In this document: piece by piece, positions 17,617 to 25,847 of the stretch
Numbering within the stretch: the first letter of the stretch is position 1
How the letters are laid out: each line of letters opens with the position of its first letter
Assembly: GCA_036476895.1 (NCBI GenBank)
Contig: JAZGCJ010000206.1
Location: 1-29,041, forward strand
DNA length: 29,041 bases
Direction: 5' to 3'
Origin: Thermodesulfobacteriota bacterium
GTDB taxonomy: Bacteria > Desulfobacterota_D > UBA1144 > Nemesobacterales > JAZGCJ01
The notes under the pieces: generated by a model
Seen by the model: the letters and a program-made list of their open reading frames with translations, nothing else
Database searches by the model: none
What the model was told of the DNA's origin: nothing
Position numbers and translations under genes: made by a program

Positions 17617-17799
17617 ATGGTATTCATTGTGAAGTTTATGATAGGATGGTCTATGATAGGATGGTCTATGTTGCTCTTATTATTGGCTGGTATTGCTGCA
17701 CGTAAGATGAAAGATGATCCGACAAAATTTTGGAGGGACCAAAACGATGACACCAGCGACGATAATGACGATGATAATAATGACGAAACGGATACTTAG
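17617..17799 (+). CDS. small membrane protein with poly-acidic tail (DDTSDDNDDDNNDETDT) and an internal 15-bp tandem duplication
   Basis: ATG at 17617 inside ORF 17581-17799; TM segment MIGWSMIGWSMLLLLLAGIAA; TAG stop. Confidence 0.45.
   Translation: MVFIVKFMIGWSMIGWSMLLLLLAGIAARKMKDDPTKFWRDQNDDTSDDNDDDNNDETDT
17638..17670 (+). repeat. perfect tandem duplication of a 15-mer (ATAGGATGGTCTATG x2) inside a CDS
   Basis: 17641-17655 is identical to 17656-17670; duplicates the peptide IGWSM. Confidence 0.9.
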
Positions 17800-18025
17800 A
17801 ATTTTACTAATTGCAGGTATATTTGCAGGTAGTTTTTTCGGAACATCTTTATATATAAAATCAATGTTGACACAAACTATTCATAACGAATTTAGATACC
17901 ATATAGGATCAGCACGATTCTATGCTACCAAACAAGAGTTGCTGAAGTTTATAAGTCATTATCTACATGCCGTCACATGGGCACAACGATATGAAGAGAT
18001 TACGAGGAGAGGTGGGAAACGATGA
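17779..18025 (+). CDS. membrane protein with N-terminal TM anchor (81 aa)
   Basis: ATG at 17779 (MTKRILRILLIAGIFAGSFFGTSLYI…) in frame with ORF 17714-18025. Confidence 0.4.
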
Positions 18026-18249
18026 AATACACAATAGCAGGATTCTTACTCCAAATAGCGGGATGTGGTGTAATTGTTTATGTTTCAGCTATTTCCGGCG
18101 TAGCACCAGCCTTAATCTGGATTTTGGTTGGTGGTGGGACGCTGATGGCGATTGGTGGGGCCTTCATGAGTGTAGCTCGTGACCGGAGCAATTACCTCAC
18201 TCAGCTTCAGGATGTGGCAGAAAAGTTAGAAAAAGACAAAAAACCTTAG
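18022..18249 (+). CDS. two-TM small membrane protein with charged C-terminus (holin-like topology)
   Basis: ATGA coupling; TM1 IAGFLLQIAGCGVIVYVSAI, TM2 ALIWILVGGGTLMAIGGAFM, tail …AEKLEKDKKP. Confidence 0.5.
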   Translation: MKYTIAGFLLQIAGCGVIVYVSAISGVAPALIWILVGGGTLMAIGGAFMSVARDRSNYLTQLQDVAEKLEKDKKP

Positions 18250-18310
18250 ACAAATTGATGGAAAAGTCTTATAACATAAGTAGGTGTAGTGACAACAGAT
18301 TTGCGGACAA

Positions 18311-18482
18311 AGGAAGTTCCTATAAAACTTCACTAATGGAAAAAATACTTCCCGTCCCTCTAATTTAGGTAAAGGGAGTTCCTATAACTATTTAAAGGTA
18401 GACCGCCTTCGGGCGGTCTGATATTACTCCCCACCAATTTTTAGGCAGAAAGAGTTCCTATAAAATAAGCCCTTCGGGGCTT
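18311..18482 (+). promoter_or_regulatory. three direct copies of a 17-nt motif AAAGrGAGTTCCTATAA, two followed by GC hairpins with UUCG tetraloops
   Basis: Copies end at 18327, 18388 and 18465. Hairpins AGACCGCC-TTCG-GGCGGTCT at 18400-18419 and AAGCCC-TTCG-GGGCTT at 18467-18482 have no U-tract. They sit 70-220 nt upstream of the 608-aa gene. Confidence 0.5.
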
Positions 18483-18533
18483 CTACGAAAATACTCTTCG
18501 CCTTATTTTTAAATCTAATATCGGGAGAATCAA

Positions 18534-20360
18534 ATGAAAACATTAAAATTGTTCAATGCAGTTGTTGAGAAGAAATCAGATAAGAAACATTTTGTGTCTG
18601 AAGATGGATATGTTATTGAATCGGGGGCACTTTGGGCTAAGACCCGAATTGTTAATTACTACAAGAAAGAGGCATTGAACGGTAACGACCTGAATAAGAC
18701 TTTCCATAAGTCATGGAAAAAGATTAAAGATAGTACTCGTGGAGAATTACTTGTTCATCAGATCCTTCATTATTTGACAACTTACGGTACTGGTTTTCAA
18801 ATGGAAGCTTACATTCCTAATGAGATTGTTAAACTTCCTAAAACAAAGATTGTTTTCAAAGTGATCAAAGCATACACCAAAGAAGAATTAATTAACAAAG
18901 CTTTGAGAATGTTGAAATCAGGGATTGCTCTGAAAGAAGAAACAGTCAATGATTTGTTGTCTGTTCTTGTGGATGATCTTGATTATAAATTTACAGGTGA
19001 TGAGGGGATTAAAAATAAAGAAGCTGTCGTAAAGATTGCTGATCTTTATGGTGTTATTCCTAATGACTTCATGGGCTTCTTCCGTTACATTCTTTACAGA
19101 GCCACTGAATCAACCTTGATCATTAAGAACAAACGAACCATTGAAACTGTTCAAAAGAGTTCATACAATCCTGCTGCCCAATTTAAGAAATTTGGCTTAG
19201 CTAAAGTAGCAGAACATTTCAATAGATTTAAGCCTTTATTCTTGGCATTTAAATCTAAGTGTCCAAAAGTTATAAATAAAATCTCGAAGCTTTCGAAAAC
19301 CAATCATAAACCAATGGTTCAGAATGCTTTGAATCTTGTGACTCAGCGAAAGCTTACTGTTGATGATAATCACTGGCTTGCTAACGCAACTCTTTTTGCT
19401 TTGTTTAAAGCATTGAATGCTGTTCATCTTCGTTTGAATGGGCAGAATACGTTTCTTTATAAGATTCGTAATGGAAAGTCTTACGCTAAAGAGAGTAAAG
19501 TTACTTCTGTCAATGAGCATAATTATAACTACTTAATCAAATACTTGAAGGGTAGATTTTCATTCAATGGTAAGAAGATTTTTATTCCTGAAGATGTTGT
19601 GTATGCCCTTCCTACTTCGGAGAAAATGTTTGTTGGGAATATTCCTATGGGTTCTAAGTTCTACGGTAACAAGTTGGCTGTTGGTATTTATTGGAAGAAT
19701 TCGGGAGGAGCACGAGACCTTGATTTGTCAAGTATCAATGTTGACGGTAAGGTAGGTTGGAATAGAAGTTATTATGATGAAGACCAAAACCTTATGTTCT
19801 CAGGAGATATTACAAATGCTCCTGATGGGGCTGTTGAATATCTTCACGCCAAGAAAGGTGTAGCACATCCTACAATTGTAATGAACAATGTGTACAGTTT
19901 CTCAGGATCTGATTGGGGTGAGGATACTACAGGTAAAACTTGCAAGTATAAGATCATCATTGGTCGTGGTGATAGAATTGACAGAAAGTTTATGATGAAT
20001 CCTAATAATTTGTTCATGGAAACTAATGTTGAATCAGTTCAAGAACAATCAATTATTGGCTTGTTCTTACAGGAAGGTAAAAGACAAGCATTTGTTGTTC
20101 TTAACTTCGGAGCAGGACAAGCAAGAGTTTCTGGAGGCAATGAGCATTCTGCCACTGCTCGTGTTGCATTGACTCAGGAATGGAGTAATTCATTGTCATT
20201 CAATACGATTGTGGAAGCACTAGGTGCGAAGATTGTTCAGAAAAGTAAAGACGCTGATATTGATCTTTCTTTAAATACGTTAGAAAGGGATTCGTTTATT
20301 AAAATCTTTGAATCAAAGGGAAGTAACACTACCAAACAAAAAGTATTGGTAAAAGTGTAG
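18534..20360 (+). CDS. 608-aa protein with C-terminal TerD-like domain
   Basis: GGGAGAATCAAATG RBS. Residues ~375-560 (KLAVGIYW…ARDLDLSSINVDGKV…LMFSGDITNAPDGAVEYL…PTIVMNNVYSF…IIGLFLQEGKRQAFVVLNFGAGQ) follow the TerD block order (GlgW…DlDlSa…DGkV…hSGDn…vfvv…lfgely…AvGqG) by eye; N-terminal 370 aa unassigned. Confidence 0.8.
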   Translation: MKTLKLFNAVVEKKSDKKHFVSEDGYVIESGALWAKTRIVNYYKKEALNGNDLNKTFHKSWKKIKDSTRGELLVHQILHYLTTYGTGFQMEAYIPNEIVKLPKTKIVFKVIKAYTKEELINKALRMLKSGIALKEETVNDLLSVLVDDLDYKFTGDEGIKNKEAVVKIADLYGVIPNDFMGFFRYILYRATESTLIIKNKRTIETVQKSSYNPAAQFKKFGLAKVAEHFNRFKPLFLAFKSKCPKVINKISKLSKTNHKPMVQNALNLVTQRKLTVDDNHWLANATLFALFKALNAVHLRLNGQNTFLYKIRNGKSYAKESKVTSVNEHNYNYLIKYLKGRFSFNGKKIFIPEDVVYALPTSEKMFVGNIPMGSKFYGNKLAVGIYWKNSGGARDLDLSSINVDGKVGWNRSYYDEDQNLMFSGDITNAPDGAVEYLHAKKGVAHPTIVMNNVYSFSGSDWGEDTTGKTCKYKIIIGRGDRIDRKFMMNPNNLFMETNVESVQEQSIIGLFLQEGKRQAFVVLNFGAGQARVSGGNEHSATARVALTQEWSNSLSFNTIVEALGAKIVQKSKDADIDLSLNTLERDSFIKIFESKGSNTTKQKVLVKV

Positions 20361-20383
20361 AAGTACAAAATTCAGTAATAAAG

Positions 20384-20420
20384 AATCCTGATTCATTGTC
20401 TGATGGGTCAGGATTTTTTT
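20384..20420 (+). terminator. rho-independent terminator
   Basis: AATCCTGA…TCAGGATT 8-bp stem followed by TTTTTTT, directly after the stop of the 608-aa gene. Confidence 0.7.
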
Positions 20421-20434
20421 ATGGGAGGCATAAC

Positions 20435-20611
20435 ATGGGAGTATCAACGACATTAAGTTGGGAAGAAATAAAGGAAGAGCGAATCAACGGGTATATTGAT
20501 TCTTATGATAATGGTGAGATTAATAAAGCCGAATTACGGGAAGGCATAATCGAGGTTGCGGATAATAATTTAGAAGCGATTGATATTCTTGATTTTGCTG
20601 GAGCACTGTAA
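20435..20611 (+). CDS. NNLEAID-tag family protein (…EGIIEVADNNLEAIDILDFAGAL)
   Basis: ATG at 20435 after GGGAGG (20423-20428); in frame with ORF 20396-20611, whose 5' part overlaps the terminator. Confidence 0.55.
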   Translation: MGVSTTLSWEEIKEERINGYIDSYDNGEINKAELREGIIEVADNNLEAIDILDFAGAL

Positions 20612-20613
20612 GG

Positions 20614-21345
20614 TTGACTCTTTCGGAAAGATGGCAGAAAGCTGTCCGTGATAATGGCACCAATTGGAAGTTATGGTGGATTGATATCCGGTTTGGTATT
20701 GAGGAATGGATTCTCAAAAAGACCGCTACATGGCGGATCAAGAAGTCCAAATTCTTAATCCTTGAAGGTGAACATTATTTAAATGATCATCGAGGAGATT
20801 ACAAATCCAATTGGGAGGATGTCACGGTTTTAGATCAATGGGGCTTTTGGGTTCCATATGGCTTTGGTATTTGTTCTAAAGACGCTTGGGAAGAGGAGAA
20901 CAAATTCAACCGAGAATTAGGACATCCAGAGGAACCTTGGCAAGATGTAGCGGGAGATGAAAGCTGGCTTACATATTACACAAAAGATCAGTATTTGGAA
21001 GCCAAACACTATTTTGAGCTTGGGCGGAAGCATCTTAAGAAGAAATTAGGGAAAGAGCTTTACAAGAAGGATTTGCACTTAAAACTAAAGGCAGTATGTC
21101 AGGAGTTTTTGGATGAAGAAATGATGCGAGAAGCCGAGTGGATTAAGGCAGGTAAACCGCCTTTTAAGATAAATTTCACAGATCGAGCGAAAGATGACTT
21201 TAAGGGTATTTTAGGGGAAGAGGGCGCAAAAGAATTATTTGATGAGCATGAGAAACGCAACAAAGAAATCGATGTGGAAAATCAACACAAATTGGATGAG
21301 GAAAAGAAGCGTCGGGAAGATGATGAAAAACGAGGCGAAAACTAG
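20614..21345 (+). CDS. hypothetical protein (243 aa), Trp-rich N-terminal half and KR/E-rich C-terminal helix
   Basis: Long ORF; the only in-frame start near the 5' end is TTG at 20614. Confidence 0.5.
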   Translation: MTLSERWQKAVRDNGTNWKLWWIDIRFGIEEWILKKTATWRIKKSKFLILEGEHYLNDHRGDYKSNWEDVTVLDQWGFWVPYGFGICSKDAWEEENKFNRELGHPEEPWQDVAGDESWLTYYTKDQYLEAKHYFELGRKHLKKKLGKELYKKDLHLKLKAVCQEFLDEEMMREAEWIKAGKPPFKINFTDRAKDDFKGILGEEGAKELFDEHEKRNKEIDVENQHKLDEEKKRREDDEKRGEN

Positions 21346-21360
21346 CATCAAAGAAAACTC

Positions 21361-21389
21361 TTGACAACTACTTGTATTCCTTTATACTC
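21361..21389 (+). promoter_or_regulatory. sigma70/sigA promoter TTGACA-16-TATACT
   Basis: -35 at 21361-21366, -10 at 21383-21388; followed by a 180-nt leader containing hairpin GGATC-GCAGCATAGA-GATCC. Confidence 0.6.
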
Positions 21390-21572
21390 AATATAGAGAT
21401 TTACTTAACAGATTCGGATCGCAGCATAGAGATCCTGTAAACAGTTAGATGGATCAACAAATCCTGTGGTATCTGGAACTACTAAGGGACAAATTGGTCA
21501 CCCGTCCAGAGGGGAAGCGATAACATTCTAAGTATTCGCCTGTTTACTAGCATTTTAAAAAGGGGGTGTATT

Positions 21573-21872
21573 ATGAAAATTGAAAGACATAAATTAAAAA
21601 AAGTTAAACTTAAGGATTTTGCAGAAAAACACAATCTTACATTGGTAATTTCTGAAAGACCAAAGTGGAATTGGAAAGTTGGACGCTATACTGCTCAATT
21701 CAAAAATGTTGAAGTAAAAGAGGGTAGCTTTCTTAAGAGTTTGTATGGAGATGGTGAAAACGAAGAAAATGCTGTACAAGATTATATATCAAATATTTCA
21801 GAAAGTACTTTGGTGTATGATGCTTATGGAAAAAATAGAAAAGTATTTGAAGTACCACTTTTGGTTCCGTAG
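21573..21872 (+). CDS. hypothetical protein (99 aa)
   Basis: AAAGGGGG RBS. Confidence 0.6.
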   Translation: MKIERHKLKKVKLKDFAEKHNLTLVISERPKWNWKVGRYTAQFKNVEVKEGSFLKSLYGDGENEENAVQDYISNISESTLVYDAYGKNRKVFEVPLLVP

Positions 21873-22210
21873 TACGGAGTAGTACCTTTGCGAGAAGGCC
21901 ACGGACGGGGTAGGAGGAGTAAATTCCTATATGATTGTGAAACTCATTCTTTCTTCTCACAAATTTGATAGCATAGTTTAATTTGGAAAAACACCTCTGA
22001 ACATCGGTTGATGCGGAGGAGATGGTGGTTCGAGTCCACTTGGTATCTGGATGGGTGCAAACCCGCATTCGGTTGGTCCCCGTTAAAAGACCAAGATTTT
22101 GTGGAGGTGTGGTGTACACACAGGAGTGCCGACTAGTAGGCGTGGGTGAGAACCTACTTTATGATCTCCAACTCTGGAATAGACGGTAAGAATCCGTCCC
22201 ACAGAACAAT
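21873..22210 (+). ncRNA. candidate structured non-coding RNA (unclassified)
   Basis: No ORF over 40 codons on either strand. GGGT-GCAA-ACCC GNRA hairpin (22052-22063); tRNA T-arm-like GGTGG-TTCGAGT-CCACT (22024-22040); GACGG-TAAGAAT-CCGTC (22182-22198); long-range complements TTCTCAC (21954)/GTGAGAA (22147) and GGACGGGG (21903)/CCCCGT (22078); TTCCTATA motif at 21924. Confidence 0.3.
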
Positions 22211-22225
22211 TTGAAAGGGGGCATT

Positions 22226-22645
22226 ATGATAGACCTTAAAAAAGAGTATGGGAATCGTTTCAAGATTTATCGAGACGAAAGTTATACCAAAGACGATACT
22301 GAGGAACGAAATAAATTGTGGCAATATCATGAGATTCGTGGTAAGTATGGTATTATCTATAATTACGGGGCTGATCAATTAGCGGTTTTGATTACACATG
22401 AAAGTAAGTTGCCTCGTCGATCAAATAAATCTGTGGCAAAATTTACTCGTCGTCTGTACAAAGGTTTACAACGAAAGTTTACGACATGGAAACTTATTCA
22501 AGAAGCGGAGTACGAAGGAACGTTCTTATTCCCTGAAAAAGATATTTTGACTGTTGCAAATTTTATTGAGGTTAAGCCGAAGGTTCGTTTAACGAAAGAA
22601 CATCTTGCAGCATTGCAAAAGGGTAGAGAAGCGAGGGTAAAATGA
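22226..22645 (+). CDS. hypothetical protein (139 aa)
   Basis: AAAGGGGG RBS before the ATG at 22226. Confidence 0.6.
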   Translation: MIDLKKEYGNRFKIYRDESYTKDDTEERNKLWQYHEIRGKYGIIYNYGADQLAVLITHESKLPRRSNKSVAKFTRRLYKGLQRKFTTWKLIQEAEYEGTFLFPEKDILTVANFIEVKPKVRLTKEHLAALQKGREARVK

Positions 22646-22881
22646 GTGCTAAAAATCATCCTGACGTTATTCTCCAAAAGCTTCGAGAGCATATTCAGGA
22701 TTGCCATGATTGTAAGATGGCGGTAGATATGGATTCTTATAGCCTTGCATGTGGGACAGGACAACGGATGCGAATTTATTTGGATGATGCGATAAACCTT
22801 AATGGAGAGTCAGATTCAGACACTTACTCATTTCAGACCGAGTTTATTAACGTTTTTGGATTCTGGCCGTCACGAAATTAA
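22642..22881 (+). CDS. hypothetical protein (79 aa) with CHDC…C motif
   Basis: ATGA coupling. Confidence 0.55.
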   Translation: MSAKNHPDVILQKLREHIQDCHDCKMAVDMDSYSLACGTGQRMRIYLDDAINLNGESDSDTYSFQTEFINVFGFWPSRN

Positions 22882-22933
22882 GCCTTGACAAATTTGGGAA
22901 TATCATTATCCTTATAGGATAAGGGGGCGTAAA

Positions 22934-23164
22934 ATGAGTGATCCTATTGATGTAACTTACGAAATTGGAGATGGATATGTTGGCGGATCTAGACCTCAAC
23001 ATCTTACAATTGATCCTGAAGATTTTAAAGATATGACTTATGAACAAATTCAAGACGAATTAGACAATCAAGTTCATGAAGATATGTTACAAACGATTAG
23101 TACATCGTATGATATGGCGGATATTATAAGTCAAATACAAGAAGCAAATACAAGAAGCAAATAA
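22934..23164 (+). CDS. acidic hypothetical protein (76 aa)
   Basis: AAGGGGG RBS; contains a 13-bp tandem repeat at its 3' end (23132-23165). Confidence 0.55.
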   Translation: MSDPIDVTYEIGDGYVGGSRPQHLTIDPEDFKDMTYEQIQDELDNQVHEDMLQTISTSYDMADIISQIQEANTRSK

Positions 23165-23197
23165 GTTACTGGAAATTCAGATTAATACGGGGGTAAC

Positions 23198-23476
23198 ATG
23201 GCTACAATTAAAAAGAACAAGACTGGGACGTTTGATGTAAAAGGTTTAACGAAGTTTGAGTTGTTAGGTGTGATTGCTTTAGCGAGTAAAGATACACTAT
23301 CAGCTAATGTAATGAATGCAGAAGTAACTATCTCTATTGCTGATACTGTTGATAAATATAAAGATTTGAAAGAGTTTATAGATTTTCAAAAATCTGCATC
23401 GTCATTTAGTAACTTCTTTTATTTAAAAGAGGGATTAGATAAGGCTGATGAGTATGATAAGCAAAGGGGGGCGTAA
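23198..23476 (+). CDS. hypothetical protein (92 aa)
   Basis: GGGGG RBS. Confidence 0.6.
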   Translation: MATIKKNKTGTFDVKGLTKFELLGVIALASKDTLSANVMNAEVTISIADTVDKYKDLKEFIDFQKSASSFSNFFYLKEGLDKADEYDKQRGA

Positions 23477-23477
23477 A

Positions 23478-24125
23478 ATGAAAAAGTCTATAATTGGACT
23501 CGTAGTCTTATTCTGGACTCCAGTTCTCGGCCACGCCTTGGAGACAGTCACCGTCACAGTGACGGGAGTGGTTTTGAATGAAAAGGAAAAACCGATTGAG
23601 ACACAACGTAAGTCGTTGATTGCAGCACAACATACAGCCATTGAGAATGCCATCGGAGTGTATGTAAAGGCTCACTCAAAAGTTGATAAGTCTATTTTGG
23701 TGGAGAATGTGATCAAGACGCAGACACAAGGGCGTATTAAGAATTTCAAAGTCTTATCGAGAAAGGTAGAAGGAGTTTATCATAAGACGAAGATCAAGGC
23801 GGTTGTGGTTTTAGCGGAACCGAACTTCAAAGAGGTTGAGACGTTGGAATCCAAACTGAATGGGATAATACCTCGTCGCATGTTTATGGGTCTGACGTAT
23901 GTGAATGGAAGGACACCGAATGATAGAGAAGTCCAGGCGGGGTTACAGGACCCCATGAAAGTTATGCAGAATTTCACAGTTAAATTGACAGATGAAGCAC
24001 CACACATGACTGGCTCAGAAGCAATGAAGTCGATTAGTATGCAATTTGGCTTGGATTTAACTCCATCGGAATTAGCCGACTTCACCGAGCTTTTAGATGG
24101 TTCGACGTTTGTGGGGACGGAGTAA
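23478..24125 (+). CDS. secreted protein (signal peptide MKKSIIGLVVLFWTPVLGHA)
   Basis: AAAGGGGGG RBS at 23463-23470; ATG at 23478, in frame with ORF 23448-24125. Confidence 0.6.
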   Translation: MKKSIIGLVVLFWTPVLGHALETVTVTVTGVVLNEKEKPIETQRKSLIAAQHTAIENAIGVYVKAHSKVDKSILVENVIKTQTQGRIKNFKVLSRKVEGVYHKTKIKAVVVLAEPNFKEVETLESKLNGIIPRRMFMGLTYVNGRTPNDREVQAGLQDPMKVMQNFTVKLTDEAPHMTGSEAMKSISMQFGLDLTPSELADFTELLDGSTFVGTE

Positions 24126-24127
24126 AC

Positions 24128-24292
24128 ATGGAAACAATAATAGGAATTCTTAGTCACTGGCCTAATCTTGTACTCTTGAGTATTTTAGGTGTGATTGCAT
24201 ATGGTGCTTTAATCAAGTATCTCAAACCGGAAATAACTTTTGGTCCATACGAGGCAAGAGAAAGAAAAAGAGCATTAAGAAACAAGACATGA
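24128..24292 (+). CDS. small single-TM protein (54 aa) with basic tail
   Basis: ATG 2 nt after the upstream stop; LVLLSILGVIAYGALI hydrophobic segment. Confidence 0.4.
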   Translation: METIIGILSHWPNLVLLSILGVIAYGALIKYLKPEITFGPYEARERKRALRNKT

Positions 24293-24370
24293 AATTCGTC
24301 ATGTGGTTATTAGATTTGTTTGCGGATGCACTATATAAGATAGGACATCAAAAAAAGGGGGACAAAAAAG

Positions 24371-24586
24371 ATGCTGACTGATATGAAGGGACCAACACAT
24401 TCAAATCAGATATGGAAAGATCGTGTGAAGTGTTTAAATAAATTCCATAATCATTTGAAGGTACTTGGGCATCATGTGGAAGAAATCAGAGGTCAAAAGA
24501 ATCGTACACAAGCTAGACTATTAATTAACCGATTGGTAGGAATCTTGTATCAGTTGGATGTATTAATGGATAACAGAGGTCGGTAA
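24371..24586 (+). CDS. hypothetical protein (71 aa)
   Basis: AAAGGGGGACAAAAAAGATG RBS. Confidence 0.5.
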   Translation: MLTDMKGPTHSNQIWKDRVKCLNKFHNHLKVLGHHVEEIRGQKNRTQARLLINRLVGILYQLDVLMDNRGR

Positions 24587-24595
24587 GGGGGCGGT

Positions 24596-24856
24596 ATGGA
24601 GGTACAACAAGAGACAAAAATTGCAGAATCAGCATTACGAATTGGGGAAGCATATAACGTAATTCTTCGTGAACTGATATTTTTGAAACAGTTTATGAAT
24701 TCATTAGAAATCAATGCACTGAGTCAGTTATTTGGGGGTTTTGATACCATTATGAGAGGGGTATTCATTCGAACTCATTCAGTATATAAGAAAAATGTCT
24801 GTAAAGATGAAGCTACCAGTGTTATTAAAGACTTAAATATAAGGGAGTCAGGGTGA
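24596..24856 (+). CDS. hypothetical protein (86 aa)
   Basis: AAGGGGGCGGTATG RBS. Confidence 0.5.
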   Translation: MEVQQETKIAESALRIGEAYNVILRELIFLKQFMNSLEINALSQLFGGFDTIMRGVFIRTHSVYKKNVCKDEATSVIKDLNIRESG

Positions 24857-25434
24857 CTGCGGAGCGTTGGGCTGAGTTCATAGGTTTTCAAAAAGATGAA
24901 CGTATTGGTGGAGTTAGACCGTTTTTTGTGTTACATGCACCAGACTCGGATCGAGATGGTAGTACGGTCTTTACAGAAACAGTTCAAGCATTTGGGATTC
25001 CAATTCCAGAGATACCACATTATGAACCAGAGACTTTTAAAGATTGTTGGATGCCGAAGTGTGAAGATTGTCATATCACATGGTTTTCAGTTGCTCCAGC
25101 GTGTGATCATGTAAGAGCTAATAAAGACCATCATATGGTACATTATAGGGTTCCTGTAGTAAAGAATATATCCTTTAAGCAATCACCGTCTCAAGTATGG
25201 GTACGGGATGATGAGAAGAATGAGTTAATTTTAGAAGGAACTATAATGGATGAGGGAGATACACAGCCATTGGATATGGAAGAAATTCATAAACAAGAAC
25301 CATTTGTTGAAAAAGAAGAAATAATCACAATACCAGTACCGGAACCAGAAGTATTACCAGAAATAGAAGAAGAGACAGAAGAATCAGATTTTATAAAAGA
25401 AATAAGACGAAGGTATCCGTTTCTAAGGGGCTGA
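24853..25434 (+). CDS. hypothetical protein (193 aa) with Cys/His cluster and Glu/Pro-rich acidic tail
   Basis: GTGA coupling; CWMPKCEDCH…C.H motif. Confidence 0.5.
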   Translation: MTAERWAEFIGFQKDERIGGVRPFFVLHAPDSDRDGSTVFTETVQAFGIPIPEIPHYEPETFKDCWMPKCEDCHITWFSVAPACDHVRANKDHHMVHYRVPVVKNISFKQSPSQVWVRDDEKNELILEGTIMDEGDTQPLDMEEIHKQEPFVEKEEIITIPVPEPEVLPEIEEETEESDFIKEIRRRYPFLRG

Positions 25435-25577
25435 GATGAATGAAGCGAAAATCTATTACATCAATCATAATGGAAACATTTATGGGCGATGGACAAAAGA
25501 GGAAGAAGCAAAAAACTTCGGGAAGGTTCTCACACAAGATGAGTGGGATGAGAATAAAGTAGTCGAGGTGACTAGGC

Positions 25578-25847
25578 ATGGTTAAGAAGTTATTAGTGAG
25601 GTTTGACGGATTTCAATCGGATGGATTCGGTAAGAAATTTCCTCTGTTTTCAGTATTCAAAGAACGATTGTATAAAGGAAGTGATGAGATTTGGTATACA
25701 GTTCATGAGCCAGACACAACTATAGGAGTTCGAACTTTGCGAAGTCGGTATGGTGTTAGGATACCAAATAAATTCGATGACAGGGTGAAAATAGGAACAG
25801 TTTTTGAATTAATGGTACGTGAGTCTAAAATCTCGGAGGGTGTATGA
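25578..25847 (+). CDS. hypothetical protein (89 aa)
   Basis: ORF in array. Confidence 0.5.
   Translation: MVKKLLVRFDGFQSDGFGKKFPLFSVFKERLYKGSDEIWYTVHEPDTTIGVRTLRSRYGVRIPNKFDDRVKIGTVFELMVRESKISEGV

Noticed and set aside
22000-22060. Possible tRNA in the 21873-22210 gap, prompted by the GGTTCGAGTCC T-arm-like hairpin
   Set aside because: The best 5' acceptor partner (GATAGCA at 21967) has a mismatch. The interval to the T-arm is about 57 nt, too long for class I and without a class II variable arm. No anticodon arm could be folded on either strand. Reported only as part of the ncRNA candidate.
23132-23165. 13-bp tandem repeat CAAATACAAGAAG x2.6 at the 3' end of gene 22934-23164
   Set aside because: Real direct repeat, but short, within coding sequence, and not a multiple of 3, so it reads as the different peptides QIQEANTRSK. 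Probably slippage, not CRISPR- or iteron-like. No CRISPR array exists anywhere in the window.
23540-23572. Palindrome CCGTCAC-A-GTGACGG inside gene 23478-24125
   Set aside because: It is a by-product of the in-frame (Thr-Val)n repeat TVTVTVTG (GTCACC/GTCACA/GTGACG codon alternation), not an independent regulatory inverted repeat.
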